Under the pieces are notes generated by a model, which was not told the DNA's origin, did not search any database, and worked only from the letters and a program-made list of their open reading frames with translations. From assembly GCA_043802525.1 (NCBI GenBank), contig JAZDKY010000082.1, positions 15,389-79,388 on the forward strand: a DNA stretch of 64,000 nucleotides. Reading direction: 5' to 3'. Made by a program: the position numbers and the translations under genes. The DNA is from a bacterium. GTDB lineage: Bacteria; Verrucomicrobiota; Kiritimatiellia; CAIVKH01. This document shows positions 1-9,772 of this stretch, piece after piece (position 1 is the stretch's first letter; each line of letters begins with the position of its first letter).

Positions 1-301
1 GTTTCGCGGCTTCGACGGTTTCGTTCACCGCGGCGTGATCGGCCATGCCCTGCGCGACGATAAGCTGGTAGACGCCGACAAGCAGGAAGCCCTCCACCTC
101 GGCGCGCGGCTTCCGCTGCACGAGGGCGCCGCAGACAAATTCCAGCAGGCGGATCCAGCGCACCACGCCCAGCGAAAGGTCCATGACCATCGCATGGTCG
201 GCGCGCACGCGGTCGACCATCCTGTCGGGGAAGTCGCCGGTCTCCCGCCAGGCAGTGACAATACGGGCGGCGACGGCGCGGGGGCTGGGAGAAGAATCCA
301 T
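1..301 (-). CDS. rsmB: N-terminal part of RsmB/Sun-type rRNA m5C methyltransferase (NusB-like domain); continues past the left edge
   Basis: Own minus-strand translation from the ATG at 301: MDSSPSPRAVAARIVTAWRETGDFPDRMVDRVRADHAMVMDLSLGVVRWIRLLEFVCGALVQRKPRAEVEGFLLVGVYQLIVAQGMADHAAVNETVEAAK. The frame stays open to the window edge, so it is absent from the ORF track. The block VEGFLLVGVYQL...HAAVNETVEAA parallels the NusB-like N-domain of RsmB. Track ORFs 25..342(-) and 35..307(+) are other frames. Confidence 0.55.
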   Translation of the reverse strand, partial: MDSSPSPRAVAARIVTAWRETGDFPDRMVDRVRADHAMVMDLSLGVVRWIRLLEFVCGALVQRKPRAEVEGFLLVGVYQLIVAQGMADHAAVNETVEAAK

Positions 302-434
302 GCGTAAAAGGTATTAGCCCGGATATTGCGAAGTCGATGCAATATCCGGCAGGGCGTCGCTTTTGTTCATTCGATAAAACATGCGGGTTAGATGCGGACA
401 GGGACAGGAATACGAACGTGCGGCCGGCCTGTGC

Positions 435-638
435 TCATTCCACGGCGTCGCCGTGGACGCGGCGGGGAAATCCGTGTTTCCGGGCAGGGACGTGGTAGAT
501 ATCCGTAACCACGCCGGAAGGCGGTTTCTCGCGCCGGGGCTTGGCCGTCTTGATATTCCGAACCTGCTTCAGCCTTTTCACGCCGGGCGCGGTCTGGTTG
601 GATTTGGAATCGCCCGGTTCGCTCTGTGCTGCGCTCAT
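435..638 (-). CDS. small basic hypothetical protein (67 aa)
   Basis: GC3-rich codon usage like the real genes here. Lys/Arg/Pro-rich, same strand and just upstream of the rsmB-like gene. No recognisable domain and a weak SD. Confidence 0.3.
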   Translation of the reverse strand: MSAAQSEPGDSKSNQTAPGVKRLKQVRNIKTAKPRREKPPSGVVTDIYHVPARKHGFPRRVHGDAVE

Positions 639-771
639 AAGATAGTCACTTAGTTAGAAGGGATCATAGCGACTGAATACCCTCTGATGCAAGAACGGTA
701 TAGTCGCGGTGCCGCTCAGCCCGGATTGTTCATGAAGACCTGAGCAATCCGCCCGTTCGGCTGAGCTCAGG

Positions 772-1090
772 GCTGATGTGAAACTTCAAGCAGGGCTTGG
801 TGGATCAGCCGCCAGGCCGTGTGTCGGTTTGCCGCGGGATTGCAGCGTTCGTCTTTCACCGAAGAATCCGCCTGTGGCGGAACCCCGGAGCTGCGCCGGG
901 GAAACAAAGACGTGCGCGGCACTTCTCGGTTTCCCCCGATCGCGAAGCGCATCGGGGGGAAACCGACGCTACATCAGCGTCAAGATGTAGCGTTCGTTTA
1001 CCCCGGCGCCGCCGGGGAAACGAATAGGCGCGAACGTCTCGGCTTCCCCGCTCAGCTTCTCACCTGAACGATCCGGCCGCGGCCGGGGGC
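772..1090. repeat. composite of nested intergenic hairpin repeats
   Basis: The ends (ctgatgtgaaacttcaagc at 772, ctgaacgatccgg at 1064) match, in reverse orientation, the two ends of the ~50-nt element found intact at 8938-8987 and 18410-18458. The interior carries the 40-nt hairpin element 985-1024 (atgtagcgttcgtttaccccggcgccgccggggaaacgaa). Confidence 0.6.
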
Positions 1091-1103
1091 ACGGCCTGTC
1101 GGG

Positions 1104-3893
1104 TTAGCGGCCGCCGTCAAGATCAGCGCGCATCGGCTCCCCGAAAGGGCCTGAGCCAGAGAGGAATGGACGCAACTGCCACACGCCGGGGTCTGTACCG
1201 GCCCACTTCACCCATGTGCGCCCGCCCGGTGCGACCGCGGGAAGTTGGAGAAGCTCCCTTCGCGAACCGGCACCCGTGACTTCCACCCACACCGTGCCAT
1301 CCGTACGAGCCGCTGAGGCCGACCACGTGGCGTCACCCGTGTTGATCAACTCGAGCCGGATCTCCTGCCGGACCACCGCGCGCACGGTTTCGCCCGATTT
1401 GCCGCGCACTTCGCGCCCGTCGATCTGAATGCGGCCCCATTCCGCGTTGATGCCGGCCATCGGCGCGGGCGCAGAATAGGCGACATCGCCCACGGACCGG
1501 ACCTCGATGTCCCTCGTTTCACGCGCATAGCTGACGGGCCGCACTTCCTCCATGCGATTCTGCAAGAACTCCTCGCGGTATGCGTCGCGCCAGTGATCCC
1601 ACAAGCCGGACAACCCGCGCGCATTCGCGTCGCGGTCCACCTCGCGGCCCCGCCACGGCGGTGCGTTCTTGTTCGACTGGCGCAGTTTGTAGGTCAGGTC
1701 GCTGAAGGCATCGACGACGGGCCGCCAGGTCCCGTCCGGGTTCACAATGCCGTAGTCGCTGTTATCGTCAACGCGCAGCCCGCCCGGGTACCACCACGCG
1801 AAGCACGCGGAACTCCGACTGCGGATCATGAGGTCGAAGAGACGTTTGTACGCCGTCGCCTGCTTGCGAAGATCCATCAGCGTGGGCCGCTCGCCGACCA
1901 ACGACCCGAATTCGAGCCAGGCCACCGGTTTGCCGCCGGCCGCGCCGCGGCAATACGCGACCAGGAAAGACGCCTCCTGCACCGCTCGCTCGTCGTCACC
2001 CAGGCCCCAGCCTTCCGGAGAAATGAAGTCGAAGTGTGTGGCGCCCGTCGCGGGATCGATGGGGAAATGCGGTTCGGACCACGTACTCCCCGTGCCGCCG
2101 TAGCCGCTGCGCGCGCTGATCAGCTGACGCAGCCCGAGCCCGCGCAGAAACCGCGCGACCTCGCCATACTGTCGCCCCATGTGGTCGTCGACAAACCGGC
2201 GGTATACCGCGATCGCAACGCGGTGGCCGCCGTCGGCCGTCAATTCACCGTCCGGCGGCCCGGTGAGCTGCCCGTCGCGACGCCACAGCGGACGGCCGAT
2301 GACGCTCTCCGCGTGCGCGGCGCTGCCGTATTGCTCGTCGATCCACGCGGCCCACGCCGCGTCCAACCGGCAGCGGTCGTCGTATTGACCGAGGTGCGGT
2401 TCCCGGGCGATGTCGATCGCGAAGACGCGCGGCAGGTTGGCGAGGTCGGCCGCCTTGATCAAACGTTCCGCCTTCGCAAAATCATGGTCCGGGGGCTGCA
2501 GATGGGAAACGAAAAGATGCACCCACATCCTGTGCATCCGAGCCTCCTCGATGACATACCTGAGTTGCGGGGCTTCCCCCTCATGGAGGTACTGGATCGA
2601 CAGCGCGTTCACGCCCGCCTCGCGCAGCCTTTCGAAGTCGCGCACGACCTGGCCGGGATCGAACAGCGCAGGGTCGAGCCAGTGCGGGTGAAACTCGCCG
2701 GGCGCGAAACCGGTCGAGTTCAGCGGCCAGTAATGCACGCCGAGAAAGGAGAGCGGCCTTCCGGCAATCGCGAAAAGCGGGCCGCTGGTCGTGACCCAAT
2801 CCTCGTTGATCCGTGCGAGCGGCGGAAGGATGCGAACGGGCTGGTCGACGCTGTCGTAAACGCGGTTGCCCGTACGGTCGATGAGCGAGATGCGAACGAT
2901 GTAGTTGCGCGTGTCGTGTGCGACATCCGGGGCGAGGCCCAGGTTGAGCTGTTCAAATTCCTGCCCACGCGCCAACGGCTCCGTGCGCGGCGCGGAGACC
3001 ACGCGGCGCAGCGTTGTTCCGCCGCGGTCGATGAGCTCCGCCTGCACCCGCGAGCCCATCTCCGCGCTCAGGCCGCTGATCCAGCGCGCCGAGACGTTCA
3101 TGGATTCGCCCGGTTGGAATGTGAACGGTACGCTTCCCGCGTGGTGCAGGAACTGGCCCGCCAGGAGCCTGCGCACCACGGTGCGCAGGCATTCCCCAAC
3201 GATCTTCCTGTTCTGCGCGTCGGGATCGATGCCCACCCACGCCCACTGGCGCGGCGGCGCTTTGCCGCGCGGCTCGATATAAATCGACACCGGCGACCCC
3301 CGGTCCTCGCGCATCTCGCCCAGCCCCTTCGCCAGGGGGATCCACCGGTACGGCGCAGCCTGTTCGCCTCCCATCCCAAGCGCCCGCCGAACCGGGCACT
3401 GGACGGTCAAGGGTCCCGCCGTAGCGATGGCATTGGATGCGCCCGCGAGTTGGATCGCTGTGATCGTCGTCGCGTAGTGACGGTACGTGGGCGAAAGCAT
3501 CGGCAGATCCGGCGACTCCTTCTCCGTACCGTCGCCTTCCAGCGGATGCATGCCCCAGAACACCGCCACACCGCCCGCGTCGAGGAACTTGAGGAGCGGG
3601 GCCCGGGCCGCGGCGGGCAGGTTGCGCACGTCGGGAATGAGAACCACCATCCGGAAGGTGAGGCTGTCCGCCAGCGCGGACTCGATATCGCGCAGCGCGA
3701 TGACCGGGGCATCCGGACAAAGCTCGGCCAGCAGGGCCCGCGATGCCGCCGTGAATGCGTTACTTGCGGACGGCTGGATCACGCACACCGACCCGCGCGG
3801 CAGCGTGTTCGACCGGTCCGGCGCCGGCGCTTTCGAACAAGCAGCGAAGGCCAACGCCACAACCAGCATCAGACTGTTTGATAAGCGCCTCAC
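1104..3893 (-). CDS. large secreted/lipoprotein-like putative glycoside hydrolase (clan GH-A-like TIM barrel)
   Basis: 953-aa ORF 1104..3965. The probable start is GTG 3893 ([19 protein letters not shown], lipobox-like Cys) or ATG 3950. The blocks [25 protein letters not shown] and FISPEGWG resemble the strand-end motifs of (beta/alpha)8 glycosidases. The function is inference only. Confidence 0.7.
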   Translation of the reverse strand: MRRLSNSLMLVVALAFAACSKAPAPDRSNTLPRGSVCVIQPSASNAFTAASRALLAELCPDAPVIALRDIESALADSLTFRMVVLIPDVRNLPAAARAPLLKFLDAGGVAVFWGMHPLEGDGTEKESPDLPMLSPTYRHYATTITAIQLAGASNAIATAGPLTVQCPVRRALGMGGEQAAPYRWIPLAKGLGEMREDRGSPVSIYIEPRGKAPPRQWAWVGIDPDAQNRKIVGECLRTVVRRLLAGQFLHHAGSVPFTFQPGESMNVSARWISGLSAEMGSRVQAELIDRGGTTLRRVVSAPRTEPLARGQEFEQLNLGLAPDVAHDTRNYIVRISLIDRTGNRVYDSVDQPVRILPPLARINEDWVTTSGPLFAIAGRPLSFLGVHYWPLNSTGFAPGEFHPHWLDPALFDPGQVVRDFERLREAGVNALSIQYLHEGEAPQLRYVIEEARMHRMWVHLFVSHLQPPDHDFAKAERLIKAADLANLPRVFAIDIAREPHLGQYDDRCRLDAAWAAWIDEQYGSAAHAESVIGRPLWRRDGQLTGPPDGELTADGGHRVAIAVYRRFVDDHMGRQYGEVARFLRGLGLRQLISARSGYGGTGSTWSEPHFPIDPATGATHFDFISPEGWGLGDDERAVQEASFLVAYCRGAAGGKPVAWLEFGSLVGERPTLMDLRKQATAYKRLFDLMIRSRSSACFAWWYPGGLRVDDNSDYGIVNPDGTWRPVVDAFSDLTYKLRQSNKNAPPWRGREVDRDANARGLSGLWDHWRDAYREEFLQNRMEEVRPVSYARETRDIEVRSVGDVAYSAPAPMAGINAEWGRIQIDGREVRGKSGETVRAVVRQEIRLELINTGDATWSASAARTDGTVWVEVTGAGSRRELLQLPAVAPGGRTWVKWAGTDPGVWQLRPFLSGSGPFGEPMRADLDGGR

Positions 3894-3953
3894 GAAGAGA
3901 CCGTTTGCCACGACGACGCGGTTTGGCGTATGTTCAATCGACCGGAACATAAC

Positions 3954-4658
3954 ATGAACCTGCACCGTGCCGATAGGGATTCTGCAGCGCGACGAATCGG
4001 ATTCACCCTGGTGGAAATGCTGGTCGTCATCACGATCATCGCCATCCTCATCGCCATCCTCCTGCCGATGATGACCTCGTCCAGGGAATCTGCCCGGGTG
4101 GCCTACTGCGCGAACAACCTGAGCCAGATCGGCAAGGCCCTGTTCATGTTCACGGATGACAACAACGACACGCTGCCCTCCGTCTGGTACCAGAACGTCT
4201 CGTGGGATACACAGCTACGCCCCTACCTCGCGGACTCGAAGGCCGTATTCGCGTGCCCTAGCGATCCGTATCGGACTGCGTCGAATCGCACCTACTCGGC
4301 CAATGCCGCGCCCTCTCCTTCGGGTGATTTCCCCATCAACAACAAGTATCCCTTCGGCCGCTACGACAACAATCCGCAGGGACCGCTGCGGCTCGGCGAC
4401 ATGGACAACCGGAATTACCAGACCGGGGACATCATTTACATCGGCGAGCGACCATATGATATCGGGGACGACCCGACCGTCGACCGCGGCTATCTTGGGG
4501 GGTTTTCATACTCCGGAATGAACCAGGAGCCGGGTTGGATCCACAAGAAGAACACGGGCGGAAACTATTTCATGGGCAGTGGCGCGGTCCGGTATTTCAC
4601 GATCGAAGAGGCCAGGCTGGCCGGAACGACGAACTACTGGCTCGCCAGCGAGCAGTAG
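3954..4658 (+). CDS. prepilin-type N-terminal cleavage/methylation domain protein (PVC pseudopilin-like, H-X9-DG-like C-terminus)
   Basis: [23 protein letters not shown] is the classic prepilin cleavage/methylation motif. C-terminal [12 protein letters not shown] resembles the H-X9-DG motif. ATG 3954 is preferred over 3930. Confidence 0.85.
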   Translation: MNLHRADRDSAARRIGFTLVEMLVVITIIAILIAILLPMMTSSRESARVAYCANNLSQIGKALFMFTDDNNDTLPSVWYQNVSWDTQLRPYLADSKAVFACPSDPYRTASNRTYSANAAPSPSGDFPINNKYPFGRYDNNPQGPLRLGDMDNRNYQTGDIIYIGERPYDIGDDPTVDRGYLGGFSYSGMNQEPGWIHKKNTGGNYFMGSGAVRYFTIEEARLAGTTNYWLASEQ

Positions 4659-4736
4659 CCCCAGGAATTCCTGCCGCTTTGAGATGAGCGCGTTGGCGTC
4701 GTCTTTCCCAGAAGATCCATATCGTCGGCGCACACC

Positions 4737-4776
4737 TTCGTTTCCCCGGCGCTGCCGGGGTAAACGAACGCTACAT
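4737..4776. repeat. 40-nt hairpin repeat, inverted copy of 985-1024
   Basis: ttcgtttccccggcgctgccggggtaaacgaacgctacat equals the reverse complement of 985-1024 at 38 of 40 positions. Confidence 0.8.
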
Positions 4777-4814
4777 CCTGACTTAGTTGCAACGTCGGTT
4801 TACTCGCGCTCCAC

Positions 4815-6122
4815 CTATTTCGCAAGCGCGTCCTTCAGGCCGCGCTCCAGCCGGCCAAGGCGCCAACCCATCAGGAACCGCGCGCCGTCGACGAAGTCGC
4901 TCGCGTAATCGTTCAGGCGCGCGTTCCAGTCCTGTTTTCGCCCGCCGGCAAGTTGTCCAACGAGCTTCCGCATCTTGTAGATGCGCCACGGCCATGTGTT
5001 GTCGTCCGTGTCGACCCTGCGCCCCGTGAGGCGGCCCACGTATTTCTCGGTCAGGTCCACAAAGGTGAACTTGTATTCCTCGGTCGGCTCGATGGTCGTG
5101 CCTTCCTCGAAATCGTTCCAGGTCACAATCTGCACGCCGTCGGGCTTGAATTTCAGGTTGTCGCCCCACGTATCGTCATATTCCTGCGTCCCGCGCCGGT
5201 CCGCGATGCGCGGACCGGCGCCCCACCCGTTCACGCCCGAGTCGTTAAACCCCGGGTTCGCCATGCCGAGCCAGTAGTCGATGCGCCCCTCCGCCTTCGC
5301 CGACTGCACGGTCGGGTAGTACCATGCGCGGTATTTTGGATCAAAACTGCACCATGCGTAATTGCCGCGCGCGATGCCGGCAAAAGGCGCGTCGAAATGC
5401 GCGCGCATCAGGAGCACCTTCTCCTTGGGCACGCGGGCGAGCACCTCCGCGACTTCCTGCGTCGAAAGCTGGTTCGACCCGAGCGGACCCTCGCCCCAGA
5501 AGGGGAACACCAGGAACACGGGATCACCGTTGCGCCGCAGGTAGGCCTCCGAGCGTCCGTGCGTGGCGAGCGCGTGTGTGATGTGGCGCAGCATCACGTC
5601 CTTCAGGTCGCCACGCGATTTCGCCTGCGAGTACGGGGGGGGGAACGCCTTTTCCTCGAGGCAGATCGCGACCTTCATCCCGCACCGCGACGCGGCTTTG
5701 ACCAGTTCGCCAAAGACCGTGTCCGAATAGGTCCCAGGCCCGTACCAGTCCGCAATGAACCCGTCGATCCCCGCCGCCTTCGCGGTCAGCAGGTGGTATT
5801 CGAGCACCGCCGGATCGCGCCCGTCGTAGGGTCCGATCAGCGGATAGCTGACGGCCGCGATATCGCGGCGCCCGTTCTCGAGGATCTCGTCCGGATCGTG
5901 CTTCGTCCCCTTGCCATACCACTGCCAGTGCTCCCAGATCATCTGCCCGTCCGCCGTCTTCTCCGCACGGAACCACGGCATGTAATGCGCGAATACCTGC
6001 GGCTCGCGCGGCGCGTCACCGCCACCGTACGGGAACCACGCAGCCAGCGTCACAATCGCAACGCAGATTGGGGGGAAGAAAAAAGATTTCACAACGACAG
6101 AGTACTTAATAGACGTGCTCAT
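4815..6122 (-). CDS. GH99-like (endo-alpha-mannosidase-like) glycoside hydrolase with N-terminal signal/anchor
   Basis: ORF 4815..6383. ATG 6122 gives MSTSIKYSVVVKSFFFPPICVAIVTLAAWF. VFAHYMPWF, IAAVSYPLIGPYDGRDPAVLEYHLLTAKAAGIDGFIADWYG and VQIVTWNDFEEGTTIEP match the hallmark GH99 blocks. Confidence 0.75.
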   Translation of the reverse strand: MSTSIKYSVVVKSFFFPPICVAIVTLAAWFPYGGGDAPREPQVFAHYMPWFRAEKTADGQMIWEHWQWYGKGTKHDPDEILENGRRDIAAVSYPLIGPYDGRDPAVLEYHLLTAKAAGIDGFIADWYGPGTYSDTVFGELVKAASRCGMKVAICLEEKAFPPPYSQAKSRGDLKDVMLRHITHALATHGRSEAYLRRNGDPVFLVFPFWGEGPLGSNQLSTQEVAEVLARVPKEKVLLMRAHFDAPFAGIARGNYAWCSFDPKYRAWYYPTVQSAKAEGRIDYWLGMANPGFNDSGVNGWGAGPRIADRRGTQEYDDTWGDNLKFKPDGVQIVTWNDFEEGTTIEPTEEYKFTFVDLTEKYVGRLTGRRVDTDDNTWPWRIYKMRKLVGQLAGGRKQDWNARLNDYASDFVDGARFLMGWRLGRLERGLKDALAK

Positions 6123-6228
6123 GCAATTGATAAGGGTAATCAAGCCCTGTCTGATGCGATATTCTAGCGGGGGGGGTCGCTGTTGTCTCGCTTGAGTTCG
6201 CGTTCTCTGGTAGGAAAGGAAACGTTTC

Positions 6229-7374
6229 ATGAATTTCCACGCACCGGCCAGCAATAACCGACCGCTGGAACTGCCGCTGATGTTCGGCCATTTCGTCCCG
6301 TGGTACACCATCCACGGTTCGGACTTCCCGGCGCACCCGGACGACGCGGCGACCATCGCGCACCTCCCGCCTATCGAGGACATGCGCCACTGGAACGACC
6401 CGCGCGCAGGCTACCTCCGTACGCATCACCACACGCCCACCATCGGCGTTTACGACTCGCGCAGCCCCGCCGTCATCACGTGGCAGATCGAGACCGCCCT
6501 CGAGTTCGGCCTCACCGGGTTCAGTATCAACTGGTACGGCCGCAACTCCGTCGAAAACGTCATCACGCTCCACTGGCTCCGTGGGCTCCGCGACTGGAAC
6601 GTGCAGAACCCCGACCGGCCCTTCCATTACTTCCTGTCCTTCGATTCGCAGGCCCACCAGGCCGGCGAGGGCCGCATCCCCTGCACCATGCAGGAGGACT
6701 TTCAATATATTAAGGACCATCTCGTCAACGACGCCTACCTGCACCGCGACGGGCGGCCCGTCTTCAGCACCTTCGCCTACCAGGACAACTGCGCCGAAGG
6801 GCGCGCCGCGATGGATGCCGTGTTCGGACCCGGCGGCGCGGACCTGATCTGGATGAACCATCCCCGCAACGCCGGCGAGAACGCCTGCTTCGCGTGGGTC
6901 CGCCCCGACGACGAGGTCCTGGACGACTCGTCCATCTACCCGTGGAAGGATCCCAACAATCCGGGCGACGGCTTCCTCAGGAAGTTCTATCGCGCGCCGA
7001 ACACCGCGGAAAAGGGCGTCGAGTACCTGATGGCCGGCGTCTGGCCCGGCTTCAACGACGAGCTTGTGGCATGGGCGTGGAAGCCCGACCCCAACGACCC
7101 GCGCATCCGCCCGCGCGTCATCGTCCGCGAAAGCCGCCGCGGCAACACGCTTGGCCTCACGTGGCAGGCCTACATTGATTACCTGCGCGACTGGGTCGCG
7201 GGCTCCAACGAGGCCCGCATACCCGCGCCGCTGATCCAACTCGTCACGTGGAACGACTACGCGGAAACGACGACCGTCGAACCGACGCGCGACTACGGCA
7301 CCGCGCCGCTCGATCTTTGCCGTCAGCGGATCAAGGAAGCGCGCAACCTCTGGCGCCAGCGATTGTTGTCGTAA
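6229..7374 (+). CDS. GH99-like glycoside hydrolase paralogue (no obvious signal peptide)
   Basis: HFVPWY, PTIGVYDSRSPAVITWQIETALEFGLTGFSINWYG and IQLVTWNDYAETTTVEP. SD-like aggaaagga lies upstream of ATG 6229. Divergent from the 4815..6122 gene. Confidence 0.75.
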   Translation: MNFHAPASNNRPLELPLMFGHFVPWYTIHGSDFPAHPDDAATIAHLPPIEDMRHWNDPRAGYLRTHHHTPTIGVYDSRSPAVITWQIETALEFGLTGFSINWYGRNSVENVITLHWLRGLRDWNVQNPDRPFHYFLSFDSQAHQAGEGRIPCTMQEDFQYIKDHLVNDAYLHRDGRPVFSTFAYQDNCAEGRAAMDAVFGPGGADLIWMNHPRNAGENACFAWVRPDDEVLDDSSIYPWKDPNNPGDGFLRKFYRAPNTAEKGVEYLMAGVWPGFNDELVAWAWKPDPNDPRIRPRVIVRESRRGNTLGLTWQAYIDYLRDWVAGSNEARIPAPLIQLVTWNDYAETTTVEPTRDYGTAPLDLCRQRIKEARNLWRQRLLS

Positions 7375-7376
7375 GA

Positions 7377-7481
7377 AGTGTCGGGTGTCGAGTGACGGCT
7401 ATTTCCAGTCATTGGAAGATATGAGGTCGCGAAATCCAATGATTGGAAAAGGTACCCACCCGACACTCGACACCCGACACT
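7377..7481. terminator. long two-tier hairpin between convergent genes (candidate bidirectional terminator)
   Basis: The outer arms agtgtcgggtgtcgagtg (7377-7394) and cactcgacacccgacact (7464-7481) are perfect reverse complements (18 bp). The inner arms are ttccagtcattggaa (7403-7417) and atccaatgattggaa (7434-7448). Confidence 0.55.
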
Positions 7482-7496
7482 CGCCGCCATGCGGCG

Positions 7497-8642
7497 CTAC
7501 CCCTGCTCCACCTTGAACCCGAGCGCCGCAGCCTTGATGGCGAGGCGGGCGCTGGCATGGGCGAGGCGCACATGGACGCTCGGGAATTCGCGCCGCGTTG
7601 GATACTGCGCGCGCAGGCGCTCGAAGTGCGCCGCGCGTCCTTCCTCCCGCCCGCGCATGCCGGCGCGCAAGGCGAAGTCGTCGCTCTCGATGTCATACGC
7701 GTGCTGGACCATCTCCCATAACACGTCCACGTCCGACTGCTCGCGCGCATCGATACGGATGTCCTGCGGAGCGATGTCGGGTTCCGGTGCCCACGTCGAT
7801 TGCACCTCGAAGAAGTTGCAGGCCTCGCGGTAGACCCGGGCCGTGCCGTTCAGCTTGCCCTCGTACGAGTAACCCGCGATGTGCGGCGTGCCGATATCCA
7901 TGCGGTTCAACAAGTCGGCCGAAATGGACGGCTCGCCGTCCCACACGTCAAGAAGGCCGTGCATCACCACGCCGTGGTCGTAGGCATGAAGGAGGGCGGG
8001 CTCGTCGACCACCTCCCCGCGTGATGCGTTGACGAAGACGCAGCCCGGTTTCACCTTCGCAAAGAAACGCGAATCCACCATCTTCTTTGTCGCATGGGGT
8101 CCCTGCTCCGTCAGTGGCAGGTGCAACGTGACGATATCGGCCTGCGGCAGCACCTCGTCGAGCGGCCGGAACACCGGGTCGTTTGTCGCGGCAAAAAGCG
8201 GCGGATCGTTCTGCAGCACGTTCAGCCCCAGCCCCCGTCCGATTTCCACCACGCGCCGGCCGACGTGGCCGACGCCGATCACCGCGAGCGTCTTTTCGGC
8301 CAGCGGCATGCCGTACCGGCTCGCAAGGCTCAACAATGCGGCGACAAGATATTCAGCGACGCTGTTCGCGTTGCAGCCCGGCGCGGAACACCAGTGGATC
8401 TGATGTTCTTCCAGATAAGGAATGTCGAGGTGGTCCGTGCCCGCCGTGGCGGTGCCGACGAAACTGACATGGCTGTCCTTCATCAGCTCGCCGTCGACGC
8501 GTACTTTCGAGCGCGTGATCAGCGCGTCCGCGTCACGCACGACCTCGCGCGTGATCGCCTTCTCCGGCACAACAATGACTTCGCCAAGCGTACTGAACGC
8601 TTCCTTGCCGAGGAGAACACTGGAGGCACAGATAATCTTCAC
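7497..8642 (-). CDS. pdxB: 4-phosphoerythronate dehydrogenase
   Basis: D-2-hydroxyacid dehydrogenase fold (AVIGVGHVGRRV NAD motif) with a PdxB-type C-terminal extension. GTG 8642 gives VKIICASSVLLGKEAF and 381 aa. The upstream part of ORF 7497..8837 runs through repeat DNA. Confidence 0.85.
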   Translation of the reverse strand: MKIICASSVLLGKEAFSTLGEVIVVPEKAITREVVRDADALITRSKVRVDGELMKDSHVSFVGTATAGTDHLDIPYLEEHQIHWCSAPGCNANSVAEYLVAALLSLASRYGMPLAEKTLAVIGVGHVGRRVVEIGRGLGLNVLQNDPPLFAATNDPVFRPLDEVLPQADIVTLHLPLTEQGPHATKKMVDSRFFAKVKPGCVFVNASRGEVVDEPALLHAYDHGVVMHGLLDVWDGEPSISADLLNRMDIGTPHIAGYSYEGKLNGTARVYREACNFFEVQSTWAPEPDIAPQDIRIDAREQSDVDVLWEMVQHAYDIESDDFALRAGMRGREEGRAAHFERLRAQYPTRREFPSVHVRLAHASARLAIKAAALGFKVEQG

Positions 8643-8937
8643 GCATGGATACTGGTGCGGACGACCTGAAGCGAACAAGCACGAAGTGAACCGCAAGATG
8701 CACAAGAAGAGGTGGAGTTTTATTCCGCATTTTCTTGCGCTCTTTGCGCCTTTTTTTGCGGTTAATGATCGGGGCGGTGTGACACCGCGTTGCAAACGTG
8801 GCAGCCCCGTTTCGGCCTGCCGTAGCAGGCCGATCACCGCGTGAGGCCACGTTGCTGCGGCCTACGCGACTCGCACGCGGCGGGCGGATTATTCGCGTTT
8901 CGCGAATAATCCGGGTTAGTCCGGCCCCCGGCCGCTG

Positions 8938-8987
8938 CCGGATCGTTCAGGGAGAAACATCAATCCCAGCTTGAAGTTTCACATCAG
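8938..8987. repeat. ~50-nt intergenic repeat (ccggatcgttcag...caatcccagcttga.gtttca family)
   Basis: Near-identical copy at 18410-18458, a partial copy at 53257-53282 and a split inverted copy at 772/1064. Confidence 0.7.
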
Positions 8988-9295
8988 TGCTCGGAACGTT
9001 TGATGATGATCTTGCGCTGGGGCGTGGGTGGCACACCCAGGTTCGGCGGGAGGTTGAGGGGAATCGTCGAACTCTTTTCGTTCTCGGTCGCTTTCGCCTG
9101 CGGCGTCGGTTCGGGACGCGGAGGTTGTTTTCGCTGCGGTAACGCGGACGCCTTCTGCTGCGCAGAAGGACTCGGCACTTTGATGATTTTCTCGCACCCC
9201 GGACATTCAATGAAGAGTCCGATCATGTCATCGGGAGCGTCCAGATTCTGTCCGCACAGCGGGCAATCGAAGTTAATGTCAGTCGTGTCGGCCAT
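8984..9295 (-). CDS. small zinc-ribbon protein with Pro-rich tail
   Basis: MADTTDINFDCPLCGQNLDAPDDMIGLFIECPGCEKIIKV carries two CxxC pairs. A good promoter-like motif lies upstream. Confidence 0.7.
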   Translation of the reverse strand: MADTTDINFDCPLCGQNLDAPDDMIGLFIECPGCEKIIKVPSPSAQQKASALPQRKQPPRPEPTPQAKATENEKSSTIPLNLPPNLGVPPTPQRKIIIKRSEH

Positions 9296-9318
9296 GTTCA
9301 GTACCGGGTTTTGACAGC

Positions 9319-9348
9319 ATCATACCGTATTTGCCACTGTCATGTTAA
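9319..9348 (-). promoter_or_regulatory. sigma70-like promoter candidate for the Zn-ribbon gene
   Basis: Minus strand reads TTAACA - 18 nt - TATGAT in a local AT-rich patch about 25 nt upstream of ATG 9295. Confidence 0.4.
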
Positions 9349-9513
9349 ATATATGTCATCACACGGGTTGCGTACACGAAATAAATGGCCGCAGGCTGAA
9401 GAACGGCGCGTTCGGCGAACGCGCCCTACCCGTCGATCTGCGGGGCATCGAGGTACTGAAGCATGCCGTCCAACGACAGCGCCGCGTTGCCGATAACCGT
9501 CCAAATTTGCAGG

Positions 9514-9644
9514 CCGGTGTAGGCCCGGTCACCTGACCGGGCGTCGTCTCCATGTCCTGTCGGTGTAGGCCCGGTCACCCGACCGGGCGTCGTCTCAATG
9601 TCCTGCCGGTGTAGGCCCGGTCACCAGACCGGGCGCAGTCGACC
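9514..9644. repeat. about 2.8 tandem copies of a ~46-bp unit, each with an internal hairpin
   Basis: The unit cggtgtaggcccggtcacc[t/c/a]gaccgggcgtcgtctc[c/a]atgtcctg[t/c] repeats head to tail; gcccggtca and tgaccgggc are complementary. Confidence 0.8.
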
Positions 9645-9772
9645 GGCTCGAACTGCGGAGCAGTTGAGCGTCGAGGCACTTTGGGCCGCAATACGGACAA
9701 TCGAGCCCTGCTGGAGGAATTGCCCACGAAATGCAAGACATCCGAATTTTATCGGCGTACTTGTCCGCATTC

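Noticed and set aside
1593-3881. 762-aa plus-strand ORF
   Set aside because: It is antisense to the 953-aa glycosidase-like gene. Its Arg/Pro/His/Ala-rich low-complexity translation has no motifs. This is a typical high-GC shadow ORF.
9514-9644. Possible CRISPR array
   Set aside because: The 46-bp units are directly adjacent with no unique spacers, there are fewer than three full copies, and no cas genes are present in the window.
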